Source of the DNA: an uncultured Candidatus Peribacteria bacterium
GTDB lineage: Bacteria; Patescibacteriota; Gracilibacteria; Peribacterales; Peribacteraceae
DNA length: 64,000 bases
Assembly: GCA_964460475.1 (NCBI GenBank)
Contig: CAYWPP010000001.1
Coordinates: 62,616-126,615 of the forward strand
Direction: 5' to 3'
The translations under genes and the position numbers were made by a program. The stretch's first letter is position 1; the number at the start of each line of letters is the position of its first letter. Positions 52,319 through 61,401 of this stretch are shown one piece after another. The notes under the pieces were generated by a model that had not been told where the DNA came from, ran no database searches, and was given only the letters and a program-made list of their open reading frames with translations.

Positions 52319-55261
52319 ATGAGTACCTTTTGGTTCTCGCGCAACTCCCGTAACGGGATTGTATCTTCCCTCGCTCAGCGGACCGGCTTCAGTGCCGTTG
52401 AGGGCCTGGTCGTGCTCGGTCTCATCAGTATGATGGCCGGACTTTCCGTGCCCCTGTACCGCACCTATCAGATCCGCAGCGATCTGAATCTTGCGACGGA
52501 GCACATCGTCCAGTCTCTTGCGCGGGCGCAGTCCCTGGCACAGAGCGGACAGAACGACATGCCGTGGGGCGTGTATGTTCAGGAGGGAACGTTGTTCGCC
52601 GGCGAGACGTACGTCTTCCGCGACCAGAGCCAGGATGAAGTGTTTGTCATTCCGTCCACGATCGATGCATCGGGACTGGAGGAAGTCGTCTATACCCGCC
52701 TGGAAGGCCTGCCGGTCGAAACCGGTACCATCATTCTCACCGCGCTAAACGGCGAATATCGCGAAATCATCATCGATGACTTCGGCCGCATCTCCGTCGG
52801 AGATCTGCAGTCGCCTCCGGTTTTCCCGGGCGGCACGGCGGGCGATGATGACGGAGGCGTCGGCGGAGAAACCGCCGGCAGCGAAGGCGGCGATGACGGA
52901 GGAACGGACGCCACAGGCGGATCCGGCGGCACGGACGATGATGACGGCGGAGACACCGGTACGGCCGGGACCGCGGGCGATGACGGAGGATCCGAGGGGG
53001 GAACGGATGGAGGTACCGATGGAGGAAGTGCCGGAGACACCGCGGGCGATGACGGAGGATCCGATGCCGGAGGAGGCGATGATGAGGAAGAAGAAGGCAT
53101 AGGGGAATGCGGTTCCACCTTTTCTGTCCAAGGAGAAGATGTGAAGACGGTGGGAACGGTGGACCTGACCCTGAAGGTGCTCGGGTCCGAAATCACCTAC
53201 GGCGCCGGCGGTCCGCCCGTACAGGTCCGTCTTGCGGCCAGCATAGATGACGGCGACACGTGGAGCGACCTCTTCGGCGGCAATCCCGTTTCCACGAACG
53301 ACACCGTTACGTTCGAGAACCTTCCGGAAGGAACACCCGTTTCGCTCCGGTTCAACGGACGGTACTCCTGGCTCTTCAACAAGACATACCGGTCCGACGA
53401 TTCCGACGGACACGTGTTGATCCTGCGCGACGGTGACAAACCCCCCAACTACAAGCCGTTCGCCAACCAGTCGTCTCTTGCATCCTTCCTCCGTTCCATT
53501 TTGGATGACAAGGGAAGGATTAATATCGGTTCCAGGGATCTTGTGTTCCTGACAGAGCTCGGAACTCTCGATAAGAACGCCGATTTCCAGGATGCAGTGG
53601 TGCTTGCAACGTTCACACAGAAAGCGCTTACCTGCAGTCCTTCCACGGAACCCCGTGTGAAAATCAGCTTCCAGCGCCTCCAGAATTCCGGCAACGGAGA
53701 CGTGGAGAACAAGGTGTTCGTCGGCACGCAGGGGACGGCATTCGCCGAAGAACAGTGGATTCCCCTGACTTCGAACGGACAGGTCATCGTCGACGGAGGA
53801 TTGAAAGAGGCCGTTAAAGGTCTTGCCATCGAGCGCGGCCCCGGCTGGATTCGGGTATTGAACAGAGGAGCGCATATTTCATCTCAATCAAAGGAACTGC
53901 TTGACGCACGCGTTCTCTTCAACAAGGCGTACATCACCTCCGTTGTAAATGACGAGGGGGCAAACGCGTCGGAAAATCCGACGGACGGCGTAGTGAACGA
54001 CGGACCGGACGGCGACGAATTTATCGGCGGTCCGAACGAGAAGAGCATGGTGTTCGCCTCGCGCGTTTCCTCCGACAAGGACGCGGTGATTCTGTACTGG
54101 ACGACGGGCAATCCTCCTTCGGGACAGGATCAACAGGAGCCGTCCGATCCGTCCGATGAGACGGATACCGCTACCGATGAGTCCGAGGAAACGGATGATG
54201 ACGACGATGCAAATGATCAGGAGGCTGCGATCGATCCGTGCGCCGTGCCGTTCACGGTTCACGAGGACGGGCGCATCACTCTCGGTGGCAACGCCGACGT
54301 GTCGATTCGCGTCGCCGGATCGGAAAGCACCTACGGATACCGCGGCCCGCGCGTACAAGTCCGTTCGCAGGTCAGAATCGGCAACGGTTCTTTCGAACCG
54401 CTGTTCGGCTACCGCAGTCTGAAGGGCGGCGAACTCGTCACCTTCTCCGACAGGAGCGAGGGTTCCGACATCGCTCTGGAATTCAACGGCAGATATACCT
54501 GGCTCTTCAGCAGTACGGCTCGTTCGGGCGAATCCGATCCGCGGGTCAGGGTGTTGACCAGGGGTCAGTACGCGCCCACCGTTCCCCTGATCAACGCACG
54601 AACATCCCTGAAATCGTTCCTCAGAAATATCCTTACCGCCGAAGGAACGATTAACGTTACCAACAGGCAAGTCGCCGTTCTCGTGGAACTCGGTGAACTG
54701 AACAACACCGCGGACTACCAGGATGCGGTGCTGATTCTTTCCATCGACAAGCCGGCGAGCGAGGGTCGTTGCGGCTCTTCCGTTTCCGATGACGCATCGG
54801 ATAACGAGACCGGCGGGGAAGGCGGATCCGATCAGAATGACGAGGGTCAGGAGGGCGGAGAGACGTCCGGCAATGACGACGCTTCTTCCGGCGATTCCGA
54901 TCCGAACGGAGACAGCGACGGAGACAGCGTCGCGAACGCAAGCGACCTCTGCCCGGGCACGTTCATGCCGGAATCGGTCCCGACCGAACAGATGCTCTTC
55001 GATCGCTATGCATTGACGGCGAAAAGTCCGATCTTCCGCGTCGGCCCGCGAAAGAGAATCAGTCAGTACTCCTTATCGGATACGCACGGTTGCAGTTGCG
55101 GGCAGATCCTTGATGCAATCGAGGGACGCAGCAGCCACCGACTGAACGAATACCCTGTTCTCTTCCGCACGCTGCAGGGGCTCTTCTCCTTCTACGTGCG
55201 CAGCTCCCGACAGTTCGGTTGCGGCGAAGCTCTCATGGAAATCGTTTCCCAGCGTCGCTAG
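52319..55261 (+). CDS. Giant pilin-like protein (980 aa): class III signal peptide, acidic Gly/Asp linkers, internally duplicated 170-aa module
   Basis: The prepilin motif QRTG/FSAVEGLVVLGLISMMAGL has Glu at +5. Module copies are at aa 264-434 and 641-811 (nt 53108-53620 and 54239-54751). A D-x-D-x-D-G calcium-type motif, DSDPNGDSDGDS, lies near the C-terminus. Confidence 0.8.
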   Translation: MSTFWFSRNSRNGIVSSLAQRTGFSAVEGLVVLGLISMMAGLSVPLYRTYQIRSDLNLATEHIVQSLARAQSLAQSGQNDMPWGVYVQEGTLFAGETYVFRDQSQDEVFVIPSTIDASGLEEVVYTRLEGLPVETGTIILTALNGEYREIIIDDFGRISVGDLQSPPVFPGGTAGDDDGGVGGETAGSEGGDDGGTDATGGSGGTDDDDGGDTGTAGTAGDDGGSEGGTDGGTDGGSAGDTAGDDGGSDAGGGDDEEEEGIGECGSTFSVQGEDVKTVGTVDLTLKVLGSEITYGAGGPPVQVRLAASIDDGDTWSDLFGGNPVSTNDTVTFENLPEGTPVSLRFNGRYSWLFNKTYRSDDSDGHVLILRDGDKPPNYKPFANQSSLASFLRSILDDKGRINIGSRDLVFLTELGTLDKNADFQDAVVLATFTQKALTCSPSTEPRVKISFQRLQNSGNGDVENKVFVGTQGTAFAEEQWIPLTSNGQVIVDGGLKEAVKGLAIERGPGWIRVLNRGAHISSQSKELLDARVLFNKAYITSVVNDEGANASENPTDGVVNDGPDGDEFIGGPNEKSMVFASRVSSDKDAVILYWTTGNPPSGQDQQEPSDPSDETDTATDESEETDDDDDANDQEAAIDPCAVPFTVHEDGRITLGGNADVSIRVAGSESTYGYRGPRVQVRSQVRIGNGSFEPLFGYRSLKGGELVTFSDRSEGSDIALEFNGRYTWLFSSTARSGESDPRVRVLTRGQYAPTVPLINARTSLKSFLRNILTAEGTINVTNRQVAVLVELGELNNTADYQDAVLILSIDKPASEGRCGSSVSDDASDNETGGEGGSDQNDEGQEGGETSGNDDASSGDSDPNGDSDGDSVANASDLCPGTFMPESVPTEQMLFDRYALTAKSPIFRVGPRKRISQYSLSDTHGCSCGQILDAIEGRSSHRLNEYPVLFRTLQGLFSFYVRSSRQFGCGEALMEIVSQRR

Positions 55262-55292
55262 AGAATGACGTCTCCTTTCCTCTCCCTGTTTC

Positions 55293-56774
55293 GTGCATCT
55301 TCCCTCCCACGTCCGACGGCGCCTCATTCGGGCGGGGGAAGGTGCGCGCCGGGGAGGATTGCTTCTTGAAGCGATTCTCTCGATCGCGCTCTTTGCCGTT
55401 TTCCTCGCGGCCGTCGGCCTTGCGCTCCTCGTGGGTCAGCAAAGCACCGTTTCCGCGGGTGACAGGGTTCGCGGAACCTTTCTTGCCGAGCAGGCACTCG
55501 AAGGAGCGCGGTACCTGCGCGATCGGGATTTCGAATCGCTCAGTCCGGGCGATTACGGCATCGCCCTCTCCGAGGAAGATGCATGGCAACTGCTGCCGTC
55601 ACCCGTCACGACCGAGGACGGCTACACCGTGTCGCTCTCCATTCTCTCTCATGGCGATCACTGGCTGGAGGCGGTCTCCTCCGTACAGTGGGACTTCGGC
55701 AGCGCGCGTGCGGATACGGTCTCCCTCGCGGCCTACCTGACGGACTGGCGTCGTGAAATACCCATCGGCGACTGGAGCGCGTTTCACGAGATTGCCTCCC
55801 TCTCTTCATTCGAGACGCCGCACTTCCGGCGTATTCTCGTTTCCGGCGACACCGCTTTCGTCGTCGGCACGCAAGAGGAAGGAGGGCGCGGTCTCTACGT
55901 GTTTGACGTTTCTTCTCCTTCGGCTCCGGTGCGCATCGCTTCCGATTTCGATTTGGGAGCTTCCGGCTTCGATCTTGTGCTTGCCGGAAATCGTCTGTTC
56001 GTGGCGACCGATGATCCTTCCGCGGAAATCCGGATGTACGATATCACCGATCCCGCGACGCTCGGCGAGGATGATCTGCTGTCCAGCTACGATCTGCCCG
56101 GCGACGGCGCGGCACGCGCCGTCGCCTACTACAACTTCATCGTGTACGCGGGCACCGCGACGAATCCCGACGATGACGAATTCTTCACGCTCTTTCATGA
56201 GGAAGACGAATCGTTATCGCCGCTTGATTCCTTGTCCATAGACGGAGACGTAAATGACATCTCGCTGCACGACGGCTATGCGTACGTGGCGACCGGCCTG
56301 GACAGCGGAGAGCTGCTCGTCATCGACGTGTTTGATGCCGAGAACGTTTCCTTCGCTCCCGGTACGGGCATGGACCTTCCGGATATTTACGACGGTCTTT
56401 CCATGGCGACGTTCGGTACTTCCGCCCTTCTCACGCGTGCCAGCGGTACCGCGACCGACGAGGTGATCTTGTACGCAGTGGGGGAGTCGCCGGTGCCGAG
56501 TCCTCCGCCGGGACCATGGACATTCGAGTCTGCAGGGGATGTTTTCGGATTTTCCGTCGATCCGGCGGGACGATACGGTTTCCTGGCGGGAAACGCCGCC
56601 GCGGCACAGTTGCGGGCGCTCGATATGGTCGCGTTCCGCGAGGGCTCCTATCCGCTCCTCTCGTCGTACGACATTGAGGAGGCTGCCGCGCGCGATGTGT
56701 TCTACGATTGGCAGAGCGACAGACTTTTCGTCGTTTCCGATTCCTCTTTCCGCGTCTTTGCCCCCGGCCCATGA
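55293..56774 (+). CDS. Pseudopilin-like protein with an LVIVD-repeat beta-propeller
   Basis: N-terminus RRGGLLLEAILSIALFAVFLAAV (pilin-like, Glu at +5 if cleaved after the first Gly). Repeats are GLYVFDVSSPSAP, IRMYDITDPATL and GYAYVATGLDSGELLVIDVFDAEN. GTG start. Confidence 0.7.
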   Translation: MHLPSHVRRRLIRAGEGARRGGLLLEAILSIALFAVFLAAVGLALLVGQQSTVSAGDRVRGTFLAEQALEGARYLRDRDFESLSPGDYGIALSEEDAWQLLPSPVTTEDGYTVSLSILSHGDHWLEAVSSVQWDFGSARADTVSLAAYLTDWRREIPIGDWSAFHEIASLSSFETPHFRRILVSGDTAFVVGTQEEGGRGLYVFDVSSPSAPVRIASDFDLGASGFDLVLAGNRLFVATDDPSAEIRMYDITDPATLGEDDLLSSYDLPGDGAARAVAYYNFIVYAGTATNPDDDEFFTLFHEEDESLSPLDSLSIDGDVNDISLHDGYAYVATGLDSGELLVIDVFDAENVSFAPGTGMDLPDIYDGLSMATFGTSALLTRASGTATDEVILYAVGESPVPSPPPGPWTFESAGDVFGFSVDPAGRYGFLAGNAAAAQLRALDMVAFREGSYPLLSSYDIEEAAARDVFYDWQSDRLFVVSDSSFRVFAPGP

Positions 56775-57199
56775 CGATACGCGACCGATCATCGCAGGGT
56801 TACATCCTCCTCCTCTCCATTCTGGTGACGGGAGCGGTGGCGTCGGGCGTCGTCGCGTCACTCATGCTGCTGGGAACGGGAGCACAGCGCACCGCGTTCT
56901 CCATCGAGAATTCCTCAAAAGCCATCGCGCTGGGAAGATCGTGCATCGAGTACGCCCTGGAGCAACTGCATACGAACGTCGCATACGCGGGTGATGAAAT
57001 TCTTGACGATTTTTCTATCGAGGGTTCGTGTGAAATCTTGCCGATCGGCGGCACGGGAAACAACACGCGCATCGTCTGCGCGGAGGCCCACGTACATCAG
57101 GCGGTTCGAAGAATGGAGGTGATCGTCCAGACGCTGCTGCCTGCGACCGTCATTTCCTCCTGGCAGGAAGTTCCCTTCTTCACGCTATGCGGCTGGTGA
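56771..57199 (+). CDS. Minor pilin-like protein (PilX-like hydrophobic N-terminus)
   Basis: The ATG overlaps the upstream stop (ATGA). N-terminus is SSQGYILLLSILVTGAVASGVVASLMLLG. Confidence 0.6.
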   Translation: MTIRDRSSQGYILLLSILVTGAVASGVVASLMLLGTGAQRTAFSIENSSKAIALGRSCIEYALEQLHTNVAYAGDEILDDFSIEGSCEILPIGGTGNNTRIVCAEAHVHQAVRRMEVIVQTLLPATVISSWQEVPFFTLCGW

Positions 57200-57831
57200 A
57201 TACCCCCTCGTTGCGCAAGGCATTCACGCTCGTGGAACTATTGCTGTTCCTCGGCATTCTGGCGCTGATTTCCTCCGCCGTCGTGGGCCTGCTTCTCGCG
57301 ACCGAGGACGCCCGCGTTCGTCAGCGCGTCACCGCCGCCGTCGAACAGAACGGCGCCCAAGTTCTCTTTACTCTCACCCGTACGGCCAGGCGCGCCGAGC
57401 AGGTTCTCGATCCCCCGGCAGGACAAACCGGCAGTACATTGGCGCTTCAGATGGCACAGACCGGAGAATTTCCGACGATCTTCTCGTCCACGGCTTCCGG
57501 CGCTTTTCTGCAGGCGCAGAAAGAGAATGTCTTTCCGATTCTCGGCGCCGGCATCGCGGTGGAGGAACTTGCGTTCCGCAGCCTCGGTGACGGGGAGACC
57601 TACGGCGTGTCTTTTTCCTTCACGCTCTCCGCGGTCATTCCGATTCCGAGCAAGCCGATCTACCGCAAGCGCTTCGAAAGCGCCGTCACACTCGATCCCG
57701 ACGATATGAACGAAGCGGGAGGGTGCGTATCTTGCCCCGTTCCGATCTGCCAGGACGGCGTCTATACATGGTGGCATTGTCAGGATGAAGAGTGCGTTGA
57801 GTCCGAAGAAACCGTCGCTTGCGGCGGGTGA
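57187..57831 (+). CDS. Minor pilin with a prepilin-type N-terminus and a Cys-rich C-terminus
   Basis: KA/FTLVELLLFLGILALISS. C-terminal CVSCPVPICQDGVYTWWHCQDEECVESEETVAC. Confidence 0.75.
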   Translation: MRLVNTPSLRKAFTLVELLLFLGILALISSAVVGLLLATEDARVRQRVTAAVEQNGAQVLFTLTRTARRAEQVLDPPAGQTGSTLALQMAQTGEFPTIFSSTASGAFLQAQKENVFPILGAGIAVEELAFRSLGDGETYGVSFSFTLSAVIPIPSKPIYRKRFESAVTLDPDDMNEAGGCVSCPVPICQDGVYTWWHCQDEECVESEETVACGG

Positions 57832-57847
57832 CACGCACAAAAAACGT

Positions 57848-57875
57848 TTGAGTTTGTATACAATTTTGTTACAAT
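57848..57875 (+). promoter_or_regulatory. Internal promoter in front of the major pilin gene
   Basis: TTGAGT-16 nt-(TGt)TACAAT, an extended -10. Confidence 0.45.
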
Positions 57876-57926
57876 CCGAACTACTGTGCGGCAATCATCC
57901 GCTCTTCCAATTTCCCCCACTTTTCT

Positions 57927-58373
57927 ATGAACAATCGTTTCATCCGAAGAGGGTTCACGCTCATCGAGCTCCTCCTCGTTATCGGTATCATTGCGATTCT
58001 CGCGGCGATCGTGATCGTGGCGATCAATCCAACGAAGCAGCTTGGTGACGCGCGCGACGCACAGCGTCGCAGCGACGTGAACACCATCCTGAACGCGGTC
58101 TACCAGTACGCGATCGATAACAACGGTACGATCCCTTCCGGTATCACGACGACCGAAACGGGAATTTGTCGTTCCGACGGCGTTGCCGACTGCAGCTCCC
58201 TCGTCGACCTGAGCGTCCTGACCGGTTCCTACGTTGTCGCCATTCCGGTCGATCCGCAGGCGACGGATGAGGACAGCACGGAGTACACGATCGTGCGCGA
58301 CGCGAATGATCGCATCACGGTGACGGCTCCGAACACGGAGCAGTCCACCACGGATATCGCCGTGACGCGCTAA
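57927..58373 (+). CDS. pilA: Type IV major pilin
   Basis: MNNRFIRRG/FTLIELLLVIGIIAILAAIVIVAI is a canonical N-methylation motif. 148 aa. Confidence 0.9.
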   Translation: MNNRFIRRGFTLIELLLVIGIIAILAAIVIVAINPTKQLGDARDAQRRSDVNTILNAVYQYAIDNNGTIPSGITTTETGICRSDGVADCSSLVDLSVLTGSYVVAIPVDPQATDEDSTEYTIVRDANDRITVTAPNTEQSTTDIAVTR

Positions 58374-58389
58374 GAGAGCGCTCTTCAGA

Positions 58390-58420
58390 AAGCCCTTCCC
58401 TCAACCGGAAGGGCTTTTTT
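58390..58420 (+). terminator. Rho-independent terminator after the pilin gene
   Basis: AAGCCCTTCC-ctcaacc-GGAAGGGCTT followed by a T-run. Confidence 0.75.
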
Positions 58421-58485
58421 GATGCGATGTGACGGTTCTCTCCTCATTTCCCCTCATGTTTCGCCTGGCACTATTCCGATTTTTT

Positions 58486-58494
58486 TGCTATAAT
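58486..58494 (+). promoter_or_regulatory. Extended -10 element (TGcTATAAT) in front of the sensor kinase gene
   Basis: TGCTATAAT lies 14 nt upstream of ATG 58509. Confidence 0.4.
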
Positions 58495-58508
58495 AAAGGG
58501 AAAAATCC

Positions 58509-60743
58509 ATGCCAAACCCCCTCTCCCCGACGGCGAAGATTTCCTTCCTGCGCTCGATTCGCACGTCGCTGTTCGTGCAGGCAGCTCTCCTCGTTGCGCT
58601 CACGGTGCTCCTGATGGTGAGTACGGCTTTCTGGCTCGCGCGTACCGAGATCACTCAATCGGCTTTCCTGCGCCTGCGCCTGCTCGCAAGCGGAAAGGAA
58701 GACGTGCTGGAAACCACGCTGTCACGCCAGCGACGCCAGGTGTCGATTCTCGCAGCGGAAGAGGGCTCGCTCATCACCAGCGAAAGCGTGCGGCAGCTCC
58801 TCGGCCTTCAGCAGCTGCTGCTTCACAAAGACGGAGAAACGATGATGCCGCTCGTCGGAGGAACCGGCGGGACGATTCCGCTTGAAGACATTAATCCTCA
58901 CGTCTTCTTTACGGATCAGACTCAATTCCTTCCGCTTTTTGCCGAGCGATCAATGCCGTCGTACATCATCGCCGCACCTCTGCGCACCGGAACGGGCGTG
59001 GTCGAAGGAAGCCATCTTCTTGCCGTTTTCGATGCGTATCCGCTTTTCTCCCGGGCACTTGATAACCGTTCGAGCGGAGCGGAAGCCGACATCTCCCTCG
59101 TCGTCCCGTTCGACGACGCGCCGGCCCTTCTCCGAACGTCCGACGACGAAACACTCTCACTTTACGAGCCGCACGACGGAGCGGTGCCCGTTCTCCTCTC
59201 TTCCCTGAAGACGCGTACGGATGTCGCGAGAACGGTCGACTATTCCGGTGTCCCCGCGCTTGCCGCGTACAACTCCCTTCCGTCGCTCGGATGGGGGATG
59301 ATCGTGACTACCGACGAATCGAATACCTACGCGCCGATCCGGAGACTCGCACTTTCCATGTTCGGCGGCGGTTTCGTGATTATCGTGATTTCCGTCATCG
59401 TCGTGTGGAGCATGGCTGCGCGCATTACCTCGCCGCTTCGTTCGCTCCAGAAAAAGCTGCAGAAACTGGAAACGAAGCAGTGGCATTTCCCCCGCTCGAT
59501 TTTCACCGGAAACGAACTGGAAATCGTCGATGCGGCCGCCTTCGATTTGACCGAGCGATTACGGGATTCGTATGAACATCTGGAAGACAAAGTCGCCGAG
59601 AGGACGAAGGAACTCAGCGAAGCGTACGCGAAGGATGAGGCGATTCTCTCAAGCATGGAACACGGCGTCGTCGTCACCGACGAAAACGGCATCGTCATCG
59701 CGATCAACGCCGCAGCTGCCAGCTTGACGGGATGGACGAAGGATGCCGCCTCCGGCGCTGCGCACCACGACGTTCTCCCTCTTCTCGATAAGGAGGAAAA
59801 GCCGCTTCCGGCGACACTTCATCCCGTCGCGCAGGTGCTGGCGACCGGTGAAAAATTTATTCCCGTGCCGGATCCCGGCTTCCTGCTCACCGTAAAGGAT
59901 TCTCAGAAACACCGGCCCGTCACGGTCGTGGCCACTCCCGTCCTGCGTGATACGCATTGCATCGGCACGGTCATCGTGTTCCGCGACGTCACCCACGATC
60001 GTCGCATCGACCGCATGAAATCGGAGTTCATAACGCTCGCTTCGCACCAGCTGCGCACGCCGCTCTCCAGCATCCGCTGGAACACGGAAATGCTCATCGC
60101 CGACGACGCGAAGGGCATCAGTAACGAGCAGCGCGATCTGGCGCGCAACATCAATGCTTCCACCATGAAGATGATACGCGTCGTTTCGTCGCTCATCGAC
60201 GTCGCGAATCTGGAGCTGGGGAAAGTTGCCGTGCATATGGAAGAAAACGTCGATCTGGTTCTCTTCCTTTCCAAGATCGAGGAAACCTTTGCGCAGGAAA
60301 TCGCAGCGAAGAACATTTCGGTGGTCCGTACCGTTCCGAACGAAGTTCCGAAGAAGATTTCCACCGATTTGATTCTCCTGCGTCTGATTCTGGAGAACCT
60401 GACGGGCAATGCGGTGAAGTATTCCCGTGAGGGCGGCACCGTGGAGCTCCGCATCGAATTCGGCAAAGCTCAGAAGCAACTTATCCTGTCGGTTACGGAT
60501 CAAGGCATCGGTGTGCCCGTGACGGCACAACAGCGCATCTTCGAAAAATTATTCCGCGCCGACAATGCGAAGGAGATCGATCCGGAAGGATCGGGTCTCG
60601 GTCTGTATATCTCGAAAATGGCGGCCGAAGCCATCGGCGCAACGCTCTCGTTCAAGAGCGAAGAGGGAAAGGGGTCCGTCTTTACGCTCACGCTGCCCAT
60701 CGGCGGAGACGCGGCCGCGCCGCGGAAAAAGAAGGAGGCATGA
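58509..60743 (+). CDS. Sensor histidine kinase: two TM segments flanking a periplasmic sensor, then HAMP, PAS, HisKA and HATPase domains
   Basis: H-box FITLASHQLRTPLSSI. N/G boxes NLTGNAVKY and GSGLGLYISK. Confidence 0.9.
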   Translation: MPNPLSPTAKISFLRSIRTSLFVQAALLVALTVLLMVSTAFWLARTEITQSAFLRLRLLASGKEDVLETTLSRQRRQVSILAAEEGSLITSESVRQLLGLQQLLLHKDGETMMPLVGGTGGTIPLEDINPHVFFTDQTQFLPLFAERSMPSYIIAAPLRTGTGVVEGSHLLAVFDAYPLFSRALDNRSSGAEADISLVVPFDDAPALLRTSDDETLSLYEPHDGAVPVLLSSLKTRTDVARTVDYSGVPALAAYNSLPSLGWGMIVTTDESNTYAPIRRLALSMFGGGFVIIVISVIVVWSMAARITSPLRSLQKKLQKLETKQWHFPRSIFTGNELEIVDAAAFDLTERLRDSYEHLEDKVAERTKELSEAYAKDEAILSSMEHGVVVTDENGIVIAINAAAASLTGWTKDAASGAAHHDVLPLLDKEEKPLPATLHPVAQVLATGEKFIPVPDPGFLLTVKDSQKHRPVTVVATPVLRDTHCIGTVIVFRDVTHDRRIDRMKSEFITLASHQLRTPLSSIRWNTEMLIADDAKGISNEQRDLARNINASTMKMIRVVSSLIDVANLELGKVAVHMEENVDLVLFLSKIEETFAQEIAAKNISVVRTVPNEVPKKISTDLILLRLILENLTGNAVKYSREGGTVELRIEFGKAQKQLILSVTDQGIGVPVTAQQRIFEKLFRADNAKEIDPEGSGLGLYISKMAAEAIGATLSFKSEEGKGSVFTLTLPIGGDAAAPRKKKEA

Positions 60744-60786
60744 CGATGCACTGCGGGGATGTCCGTTCTCTCCGCACGGAGGAGGT

Positions 60787-60861
60787 TGGAGCCGCCTCGG
60801 GGATTCGAACCCCGGGCCTACCGCTTACAAGGCGGTTGCTCTACCACTGAGCTAAGGCGGC
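60787..60861 (-). tRNA. tRNA-Thr (anticodon TGT), CCA encoded
   Basis: The reverse complement GCCGCCTTAGCTCAGTGGTAGAGCAACCGCCTTGTAAGCGGTAGGCCCGGGGTTCGAATCCCCGAGGCGGCTCCA folds as a cloverleaf. Anticodon loop is CTTGTAA. Confidence 0.95.
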
Positions 60862-60892
60862 GTGCCCGTAGGGTACAGCTTCGGCTCACGGA

Positions 60893-60921
60893 TTGCGAAA
60901 GAACGCAAAAAGGAGGATACT
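60893..60921 (+). promoter_or_regulatory. Putative rnpB promoter
   Basis: TTGCGA-17 nt-GATACT. This predicts a start about 6-7 nt downstream, at the 5' strand of P1. Confidence 0.45.
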
Positions 60922-60927
60922 GTGTTT

Positions 60928-61296
60928 CCTGCTCTTTGATGGCCGCCCCTTCGGGGGAGGAACGTCCGGACACCGACGAAACGCCATGCGGGTAACGCCC
61001 GTCCACGCATCCATATCAGGCAAAGGTGCGTGAGGAACAGTGCCACAGAGACGAGCCCCTTCGGGGCATGTGAAACGCCTCCGGCTGGAACGGAGGTCAT
61101 GCTTCGGCCCTGGTGCACAGGAACGAAGCGCGACGGTAAACTCATGGCGGTGCAAGGAGGATTTGGGTCGGGAGATCAGTGCGGTGGTTTCGCCGCCCCT
61201 CCGACCCCTCCGCATGATCCCGCGGGCAACCGCGGGACAAGAGAGATGGCCATCTCCCGCTTCTGCGGGAACAGAATCCGGCGTAAAAAGAGCAGG
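60928..61296 (+). ncRNA. rnpB: RNase P RNA, bacterial type A
   Basis: P1 pairing is CCTGCTCTTT (60928-60937) with AAAGAGCAGG (61287-61296). P4/CR-I is GGAGGAACGTCCGGAC. GGGTAACGCCC and GTGCCACAGAGA are present. GGTAAACTC...GCAAGG is present. CR-V is ACAGAATCCGGCGTA. Confidence 0.88.
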
Positions 61297-61305
61297 ACCA
61301 AGAAA

Positions 61306-61325
61306 GCGGCGGATGCCGCCTTTTT
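61306..61325 (+). terminator. Rho-independent terminator after rnpB
   Basis: GGCGG-atg-CCGCC followed by TTTTT. Confidence 0.7.
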
Positions 61326-61366
61326 GGTATGCCGGATTACAGAGCATGAAACGGCGAAAGACCTCC

Positions 61367-61401
61367 TTCATTATTCATGATTCCTCATTCATACTTCATC
61401 C
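61367..61401 (+). repeat. Five tandem heptamers (TTCMTNN) abutting the start codon of the sugar transferase gene
   Basis: ttcatta ttcatga ttcctca ttcatac ttcatcc ATG. Confidence 0.8.
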
